NCBI GenBank assembly: GCA_965248925.1 | Contig: CBDFLE010000006.1 | Location: 480,001-544,000 of the forward strand | DNA length: 64,000 nucleotides | DNA from: Candidatus Multivoradales bacterium | GTDB lineage: Bacteria > Acidobacteriota > Thermoanaerobaculia > Multivoradales > J023 | Direction: 5' to 3' | Shown here: piece after piece, positions 57,292 through 64,000 of the stretch | Layout of the letters: every line of letters begins with the position of its first letter | Position numbering within the stretch: position 1 is the stretch's first letter | Notes under the pieces: model-generated | The model's input: only the letters and a program-made list of their open reading frames with translations | Databases searched by the model: none | Told to the model about the DNA's origin: nothing | Position numbers and translations under genes: made by a program

Positions 57292-59820
57292 CAGACCTCC
57301 TGACCTACCCCTCCTAACCCTCTGAAAACACAGGACCGCCCCTCAGAGGTGGTGCGGACCCAAAACTGTCCGCTTTTTTCGGTGCCGAGGCATGATCGAG
57401 CATGGCACTGACGAGCGAGCACACCGTCCTGTTCCCAGACCACGCCGGGGTCCCCGATGGGGTTGTGGTGATCAACGACCGCTGCCGCCTCCAGCAGAGG
57501 GGCGGCTATCGGGTGGTGGTGGTCAGCGGCATGCCGCTCGCTCACTTCGCTGCCGGCGACAGGACAGGCGAGGCCCACGCGATGGTGAGTCTCGTTGAAT
57601 TGGGCTGGGCACAGCAACGCGAGGTGGCCCTTGCGTTCGCTTGTGATGTGCGGACTGTGCGCCGGAATCAGCGCCGCTTCGAAGAAGGTGGGCTGGCTGC
57701 TCTGGGCCGGCCGCGCGGTTTTCCCCGGGGTCAGTCTCGGGTAGCGCAGGGCCGCCTGGACGCGGTCAACGGCTGGAAGGCCGAGGGTGTGTCGAATCGC
57801 GAGATTGGCCGGCGGCTGGGCATCGATGAGAAGGCCGTTCGCAAGCTCGCCAAGCGCCTGGGCTGGAAAGAGCGGTCGGTAGTGCAGATGACGATGCCCT
57901 TCGAGAGTGCGGACCCAAAACTGTCCGCCTCTGATGAGCAGCAGGTCGACGGCCCCCTGAAAACTGCGGATCTTGCGCTCGACGCTGAGGGTGGCGGTGA
58001 CCCAGCGGCTGCGGACCCAAAACTGTCCGCTTCTGCGTCCGAGCAAGATCAGGTTCCCCTCTCGCTGGACCTCGATCCAGCGGATCGCGCCAGCGATCGG
58101 CTGCTGGCGAGGCTGGGATTCCTCGATGATGCGGCGCCGATCTTCGGAGCGGCGACCCAGCTACCGGGCGCCGGTGCTCTGCTGGCGATTCCCGCCCTGG
58201 TGGACAGCGGCGTGCTCTCCATCGCGCAGGAGCTGTACGGCAGCATCGGGCCGGCCTTCTATGGGCTGCGCACCACTCTGGTAACCCTGCTGCTGATGGC
58301 ACTGTTGCGGGTCAAGCGACCCGAAGGGCTCAAGGAGCGCTCACCCCGGCATTTGGGTCAGCTTCTCGGGCTCGACCGAGCGCCGGAAGTGAAAACCTTG
58401 CGCAACAAGCTCGCTCGGCTGGCCGCGCATGGCCTGGCCGCGGATCTCGGTCGCGCCCTCGCTCAGCGCCGGGTCGCCACCAGGGGCCATGCCATGGGCT
58501 TCCTCTACGTGGACGGGCATGTGCGCGCCTACCACGGTGGCCGAGAGATTCCCAAGACACACGTAGCGCGGATGCGGATCGCGATGCCGGCCACCACCGA
58601 CTACTGGGTCAACGATGCTGAGAGCGAGCCTCTCTTCGTGGTTCCCACCGAGGCCAACAAGGGGCTTGCGACGATGCTTCCCCTCATTCTCGAAGAGGTA
58701 CGAAAGCTACTCGGAGACCGGCGAGTCACCGTCGTCTTCGACCGTGGGGGTTGGAGCCCGAAGCTGTTTGCGAAGCTCATCGCCAAGAAGTTCGACATCC
58801 TCACATACCGAAAGGCCCCCTTTCGTCCGGTGCCGTTGAGCAAGTTCGGGCAGATCAAGGACACGATCCACGGGCGGAAGCTCGAGTACCTCCTCGCCGA
58901 TCAGCGTATCTACCTCGAGTATGGCCCGAGGAAGAAGCGCAAGCGGCTGTACCTGCGCCAGGTCACCCGCCTCTGCGACAACGGCCACCAGACGTCCATC
59001 ATCACCTCCCGCCGCGACCTCTCCACACTCGAGGTCGCCTACCGCATGTTCGATCGTTGGAGGCAAGAGAACTTCTTCAAATACCTGCGCGAAGAATTCG
59101 CACTCGATGCCCTGGTGGACTATGGCACCGAGCCAGCGGACGCCGCCCGCGATGTGCCGAATCCCGAGCGCGGCAAGATCAATGCAGAGCTGCGCAAAGC
59201 TCACGCACATCTCGAGCAGCTCCGGGCCCACATCGGGATCGCTGCTCTTGAAAACCGCGAGGATCGGCGGCGCACGATGCGCGGATTCAAGATCGCCAAC
59301 GCCGCCATCTCCGCCAGGGTCCGGGCAGCGATAGAGCAGATCACCGAACTCGAGAACCAGCGCGCGACCCTCCCCGTCCGCGTCCCCGTCCAAGAGGTCG
59401 TCGAAGCGGATGTCATCAAGCTGTCCGTCGAGCGCAAGCACCTCACCGATATTCTCAAGATGGTCGCCTACCAGGCCGAAGGTGATCTTCTCCGGCTCCT
59501 ATCACCCCACTACCGCCGCACCGAGCAGGAGGGACGCACCCTGATCCAAAGCGCTTTCGCGGCCGGCGGCGATATGGAGGTTACCGACACCGTGCTGCTC
59601 CTTTCCATCGACCCGCTCAGCTCTCCCCACAAGACGGCGGCGATCGCCGCCGTCTGCGAAGAACTCAACGCTACCGCCACCCACTTCCCCGGCACCGAGC
59701 TACGGATGCGGTTCGCGATCAAGAAGGCGCCACCCCGGAGCCTGGCCTTCCCAGGGCCTCGGAACACCTCCGGAGAGGCTCAACCGGACATTTGAGAAAA
59801 AGGGTATGTCAGGAGTTCTG
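57292..59820 (+). mobile_element. Large single-ORF IS (family unassigned) nested in IS4
   Basis: IRs CAGACCTCCTGACCTACCC / CAGAACTCCTGACATACCC; 5-bp TSD GACTC (57287-57291, 59821-59825). Confidence 0.9.
57402..59795 (+). CDS. Putative DDE transposase with two N-terminal HTHs
   Basis: YVDGH, VFDRGG, RWRQENFFK; fills the IR-bounded element. Confidence 0.9.
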   Translation: MALTSEHTVLFPDHAGVPDGVVVINDRCRLQQRGGYRVVVVSGMPLAHFAAGDRTGEAHAMVSLVELGWAQQREVALAFACDVRTVRRNQRRFEEGGLAALGRPRGFPRGQSRVAQGRLDAVNGWKAEGVSNREIGRRLGIDEKAVRKLAKRLGWKERSVVQMTMPFESADPKLSASDEQQVDGPLKTADLALDAEGGGDPAAADPKLSASASEQDQVPLSLDLDPADRASDRLLARLGFLDDAAPIFGAATQLPGAGALLAIPALVDSGVLSIAQELYGSIGPAFYGLRTTLVTLLLMALLRVKRPEGLKERSPRHLGQLLGLDRAPEVKTLRNKLARLAAHGLAADLGRALAQRRVATRGHAMGFLYVDGHVRAYHGGREIPKTHVARMRIAMPATTDYWVNDAESEPLFVVPTEANKGLATMLPLILEEVRKLLGDRRVTVVFDRGGWSPKLFAKLIAKKFDILTYRKAPFRPVPLSKFGQIKDTIHGRKLEYLLADQRIYLEYGPRKKRKRLYLRQVTRLCDNGHQTSIITSRRDLSTLEVAYRMFDRWRQENFFKYLREEFALDALVDYGTEPADAARDVPNPERGKINAELRKAHAHLEQLRAHIGIAALENREDRRRTMRGFKIANAAISARVRAAIEQITELENQRATLPVRVPVQEVVEADVIKLSVERKHLTDILKMVAYQAEGDLLRLLSPHYRRTEQEGRTLIQSAFAAGGDMEVTDTVLLLSIDPLSSPHKTAAIAAVCEELNATATHFPGTELRMRFAIKKAPPRSLAFPGPRNTSGEAQPDI

Positions 59821-60215
59821 GACTCAGCTCACCCGAGACTGGGCCTTGTGCTTCGAGGAAAACTCAAGAGGCGGCAGCCAAGGGATGCCGTAAACTCACA
59901 ACATCAAACATTTTTGAGCTTTTGTTTTGGACAAGAGTGACAAAAAATAGTCCAGGTGAAACGGCGAGATGACAGCTCCTGCGAGACCCGACTGTAATGG
60001 AGCCCGTAACCTCCTTGCCCTATTCTCGCATTTGTCAGCAATAAATCGCTCTCAGATTTCAGGCCGACAGGGACTGGACGCCCGAGTTTGATTCCGAATT
60101 CGGCACCGACGACTCATCGCTGACAGTCTTGTACTACGTTGCTTTCCGTCCCGCGGAGAGCTGTCAGAGGAGTAGCAGAGAATTGGGATTTGCCAACAAC
60201 GAAAGGACGCTGCAG

Positions 60216-61964
60216 ATGCATTCTTCCAGAAGGGCAACGCGTATCTGGGCGGGGGCGACGGGGTGGGTTTCTAGATCAGGATCGAGGGCGCACCTCAGGG
60301 GAATTACCTGCGCTGTCATTGCCGCTTGCGCGGCGACCGCTATCATTCTCTTGCCAAGTACCAGTTACCTAGGCACAGCACAGCCAGCAGCCACGACGCC
60401 GCTAGTCCGGGTGATCGTCCAGGCCGACAATGCCGATAAGGCAGCTGAGCAGGTGTTGGCGGTCGGTGGTCTGCCAAGCCACCAGCTCAAGCTGATCGGA
60501 GCCGTCGCCGCTGAACTCAGCGAACAGCAGGTAGCGACTTTGCGCCGTTTGCCAAAAGTGTTGAGAATCTACTCTGACCGAGCGGTGCATTCGAGCTCTC
60601 AACACGGCAACTCGGATGGACTTGAACAACCCACCGAGGGGCTGGCTGACTTATATACGGACTTTCCGGCCCAGATCGGCGCCGACACCCTACACGTCGC
60701 AGGCATCACCGGCCGGGGAATCACCCTAGCTGTAATCGACAGTGGTCACACCAAGCTCCCCGGATTGAAGTTTAACCTAGACGCCGAGCGCCGAGTGCTG
60801 GCGCAATACGATGCCATCAATGATCGCGAGCTGGGTGACACCCCCAGAGACCCTCATGGCCACGGTAGTCATGTCTCGTCGGTCAGCCTGAATAGCGATC
60901 GCGACTCGACCTCACAGCGCTACAATGGCATCGCTCCGGGCGCCGACCTGGTTGTCGTCTGCGCCTTTGACGAAGCCGGCCAAGGCACTTACTCTGATGT
61001 CATCCGCGGCCTTGACTGGGTAGTGGAAAACAAGGCTGCCTACGGTATTCGAGTGCTGAATCTTTCCTTCAGCTCACCGCCGCAGTCATTCTACTGGGAA
61101 GACCCACTCAACCAAGCGGTGATGAAAGCCTGGCAATCAGGATTGGTGGTGGTGACCTCGGCCGGCAACAGGGGGCCTGAGGCTATGACCGTCGGTGTCC
61201 CCGGCAATGTCCCCTATGTGATCACGGTCGGAGCCATGAGCGACAACTTCACCCCTGAAGATGGCCGCGACGATCGACTGGCGAGTTTCTCTTCGTCCGG
61301 CCCCTCCATCGAGGGATTCGTCAAACCTGAGCTGCTGGCTCCCGGCGGACACCTGAAGGGATTGCTGAACGGCAGCTCCGAGCTGCGGCATGACTACCCC
61401 GAATGGCGGGATGGAATTTACTTCGCTATGTCTGGAACTTCGCAAGCGACAGCGGTGGTTTCTGGTGCCGCTTTGCTGTTGCTCGAAAGAGAGCCTTGGT
61501 TGACCCCTGACGACGTCAAGTGCCGACTGATGCGCACCGCTAGGCTGGCGATCGACAACCAGGGCGAGCTAATCTACAGTGTCTTCCAACAGGGCGCCGG
61601 ATTGATCGATGTCGCCGCGGCTTCTGTCTCCGCAGCTAGGGGCTGCGCCAACACAGGACTGTCGCTGGAGAAGGATCTCGCCAACCTGGAACACTACGCC
61701 GGCCCGGCAAGGCAAGACGAGAACGGAAACTTCTACCTCGAGGGCCACGAAGAGATAGTGTGGGACGGTGAGTACCTCTACGATGATGTTTTCGTCTGGA
61801 ATGACGTATTCGTTTGGAATGACGTATTCGTTTGGAATGATGTCTTTGTTTGGAATGATGTCTTCGTCTGGAATGACGTATTCGTTTGGAATGATGCCTT
61901 TATTTGGAACGACTGTGAGGACGAGGAGGGGTTCGACGTCGACACCTGGATCGACCAAGAGTAA
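60216..61964 (+). CDS. Secreted S8 subtilase (AprX-like) with C-terminal hexapeptide repeats
   Basis: VIDSG, HGHGSHV, SAGN, SGTSQA catalytic motifs; signal/pro region. Confidence 0.93.
   Translation: MHSSRRATRIWAGATGWVSRSGSRAHLRGITCAVIAACAATAIILLPSTSYLGTAQPAATTPLVRVIVQADNADKAAEQVLAVGGLPSHQLKLIGAVAAELSEQQVATLRRLPKVLRIYSDRAVHSSSQHGNSDGLEQPTEGLADLYTDFPAQIGADTLHVAGITGRGITLAVIDSGHTKLPGLKFNLDAERRVLAQYDAINDRELGDTPRDPHGHGSHVSSVSLNSDRDSTSQRYNGIAPGADLVVVCAFDEAGQGTYSDVIRGLDWVVENKAAYGIRVLNLSFSSPPQSFYWEDPLNQAVMKAWQSGLVVVTSAGNRGPEAMTVGVPGNVPYVITVGAMSDNFTPEDGRDDRLASFSSSGPSIEGFVKPELLAPGGHLKGLLNGSSELRHDYPEWRDGIYFAMSGTSQATAVVSGAALLLLEREPWLTPDDVKCRLMRTARLAIDNQGELIYSVFQQGAGLIDVAAASVSAARGCANTGLSLEKDLANLEHYAGPARQDENGNFYLEGHEEIVWDGEYLYDDVFVWNDVFVWNDVFVWNDVFVWNDVFVWNDVFVWNDAFIWNDCEDEEGFDVDTWIDQE
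61785..61910 (+). repeat. 7 x 18-bp coding tandem repeat, (DVFVWN)6-DAFIWN
   Basis: GAYGTNTTYGTYTGGAAT units; the first six differ only at synonymous positions. Confidence 0.95.
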
Positions 61965-61990
61965 CTCTCGGCGTCTATTCCAAAAGCAGA

Positions 61991-64000
61991 ATGTCTAGAT
62001 TCATCCGGATTTGGCAACCACCAGCACTGCGCCGGTGGTTGTTCTCCTGTGCTATCGCTGGCGCCGCGGTGCTGTGCTGCGGACCGGCGGCGGCAGATCC
62101 TAACATTCGTTTCCAACGCCTTTCGGTACGCCAGGGCCTGCCGCAAGCGCAGGTCAGTTGCAGCTTGCAAGATAAGCAGGGTTTCATGTGGTTTGGCACC
62201 GAAGAGGGACTGAGCCGTTACGATGGACACCGCTTCGTCAATTTTTCCCACGATCCCCGCGAGTCAAGCTCGCTGTCACACAACACGGTCAAGGCGATGC
62301 TCGAGGACCGCACCGGCAACCTGTGGATCGGGACCGATGGCGGTGGCTTGAATCTGTTTCGACAAGCCGACCAGAGCTTCGCCCATTACCGCCATTCACC
62401 GACCCATCCGGCCAGCCTGTCGAACGACGACATTCGCTCATTGCTCGAAGATTCAAACGGGCGGCTGTGGGTCGGCACCGATGGTGGCGGCCTCGACCGC
62501 TTCGACCCCAACAGCGGCACTTTCGAGCATTTCAAACACCATCCGCAACGCCCAGACAGCTTGGCCAGCAACGCCGTGCGCGGCCTGGCGGCAAGTCGGG
62601 ATGGCAAGCTGTGGGTCGCCACAGATGGCGGCGGTCTCGATCTACTCGACCCGGCGACCCAGCAGGCTGTGCACTACCGCCACCACCCTGAAGATCCCAC
62701 CAGCCTCTCAAGCGATCGTGCTCGCCAGCCTTTCGTCGACCGCGCGGGCACTCTCTGGGTAGGTACTTACGATGGTGGGCTAAATCGCCTCGATGGGGAC
62801 CATTTCAAGCAATTCCACCAGCAGCGAGACGATCCAGACAGCCTCGCCTCAGATAGCGTGTGGACGCTGTTCGAGGATATGAGTGGCACCCTCTGGGTAG
62901 GCACTGACGCCGGCCTCGAGATCTACCGCCCTAGCGTGGAGAACTTCGCCCACTACCGCCATCGGGCGACCGACCCGGCCAGCTTGAGCAACGATCGGGT
63001 GACCTCGATCTTCCAGGATAGGGGCGCCGTGCTGTGGGTCGGCACCTACGACGGCCTAAACTCCTGGAATGCCACCACTGGCGCCTTCGCTCACTATCGC
63101 CGAGGCGACAAGAGCAGCGATCAGCTGAGTAACGATTTCATCACTTCCTTCGCCGAAGGTGAGCCGGGTGTGCTGTGGGTCGGCACCTATGGCGGCGGCA
63201 TCAATCGCTTCGACCGACAGCGCGGGACTTTCCGCCCCTTCCGCCACCACCCCGACGATCGGCGCAGCTTGAGCGACGACCGGGCCATGTCCCTGGTCTA
63301 CTCCGCAGCCGGTGAGCTGTGGGTCGGCACCCTCGGCGGCGGTCTCAACCGGATGTCCGCGGACGGCCGATTCGAACGCTTTCTACACCATCCGGAAGAA
63401 GACCGCAGCCTGGCATGGAACGGCGTTACGACTCTGTTGGAGAGCAGCCAGGGCAAGCTGTGGGTGGGCACCTACCGCGGCGGTCTGGACCGGTTCGACG
63501 CCATCAAGGGAAGCTTTGTCCACCACCGTCACGACCCGGACCAATCGGCTAGCCTGTCGAGCAACCTAGTGCTCGATATCGCCGAAAGCAGCGATGGTCT
63601 GCTGTGGATCGGTACCGACGGCGGTGGGCTCAACCGCTTCGACCCGCAGACCGGCAGCTTCGAGCATTTCCGTCACGACCCCAACGACCCCTCCAGCCTA
63701 TCGAGCGATCATGCCTGGTGGGTGCTCGAAGATCCCCGCGGCAACCTGTGGATCGGCACCCAGAATGGTGGCCTCAATCGCTGGCGGGCAGAGGACCGTC
63801 GCGCCGGAAGAGCGGTTTTCGAACGCTTCGGCAAGAGCAACGGCCTGCCCAGCAACATGATCTATGGCGTGCTACAGGATGACTTGGGCAACCTCTGGCT
63901 GTCGAGCAACCGTGGCATTGCCAGCCTCGATCCCAGCAATGGCAACATCCGGATTTTCGGCTCGCACCACGGACTGCAAGGGGAGGAATTTAACTTCGGC
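61991..64000 (+). CDS. Two-component regulator propeller (ligand-binding sensor) protein, partial
   Basis: MSRFIR... signal peptide, then RFQRLSVRQGL..QDKQGFMWFGTEEGLSRYDG and many LWxGTxxGGL / SLSxxxV repeats; runs off the window edge. Confidence 0.9.
   Translation, partial: MSRFIRIWQPPALRRWLFSCAIAGAAVLCCGPAAADPNIRFQRLSVRQGLPQAQVSCSLQDKQGFMWFGTEEGLSRYDGHRFVNFSHDPRESSSLSHNTVKAMLEDRTGNLWIGTDGGGLNLFRQADQSFAHYRHSPTHPASLSNDDIRSLLEDSNGRLWVGTDGGGLDRFDPNSGTFEHFKHHPQRPDSLASNAVRGLAASRDGKLWVATDGGGLDLLDPATQQAVHYRHHPEDPTSLSSDRARQPFVDRAGTLWVGTYDGGLNRLDGDHFKQFHQQRDDPDSLASDSVWTLFEDMSGTLWVGTDAGLEIYRPSVENFAHYRHRATDPASLSNDRVTSIFQDRGAVLWVGTYDGLNSWNATTGAFAHYRRGDKSSDQLSNDFITSFAEGEPGVLWVGTYGGGINRFDRQRGTFRPFRHHPDDRRSLSDDRAMSLVYSAAGELWVGTLGGGLNRMSADGRFERFLHHPEEDRSLAWNGVTTLLESSQGKLWVGTYRGGLDRFDAIKGSFVHHRHDPDQSASLSSNLVLDIAESSDGLLWIGTDGGGLNRFDPQTGSFEHFRHDPNDPSSLSSDHAWWVLEDPRGNLWIGTQNGGLNRWRAEDRRAGRAVFERFGKSNGLPSNMIYGVLQDDLGNLWLSSNRGIASLDPSNGNIRIFGSHHGLQGEEFNFG

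Larger units (their letters stand above)
55888..59939 (-). mobile_element. IS4-family element carrying a nested IS
   Basis: Imperfect IRs CACTGCTGCCCAAGAT / CACTCTTGTCCAAAAC; flanks ACAAAAAT and ACAAAAAAT (TSD differing by one A). Confidence 0.8.

Noticed and set aside
61785-61910. 18-bp tandem repeat as a CRISPR array or slippage VNTR
   Set aside because: No spacers; in frame within the peptidase, with synonymous variation

Overview
GC-rich bacterial chromosome segment; the chromosomal gene types (ECF sigma/Ser-Thr kinase modules, an IFxDGFE-tailed secreted protein) suggest an Acidobacteriota/Thermoanaerobaculia-like host (inference). Most of the window (7341-53743, ~46 kb) is a composite integrative/mobilizable island in tRNA-Thr(CGT), bounded by a 48-bp direct repeat, with a P4-like integrase at the far end. 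It holds two coupling-protein ATPases, two relaxase modules (Replic_Relax-like and MOBP/MobC, each knocked out by a different IS21), a TOPRIM primase, and two tandem tyrosine recombinases that straddle an orphan tRNA-fMet 3' half (attP-like). It also carries a leading-region-like gene set (long hairpin, repeated leaders, Cys-rich minigenes, DNA MTase), TA modules, an ECF/STK/secreted hydrolase cassette and candidate defence genes. The best novelty candidates are: (1) an unnamed ~350-aa domain found twice, fused behind TIR-HNH-TPR and stand-alone with a hydrophobic hairpin next to a HEPN-like gene; (2) a subtilase with a (DVFVWN)6 tail directly upstream of a beta-propeller sensor; (3) anti-SD-like C/T-rich leaders on the element backbone genes; (4) the recombinase-attP-recombinase cassette. 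Six IS elements were delimited by their inverted repeats (five also show a target duplication), one nested in another.
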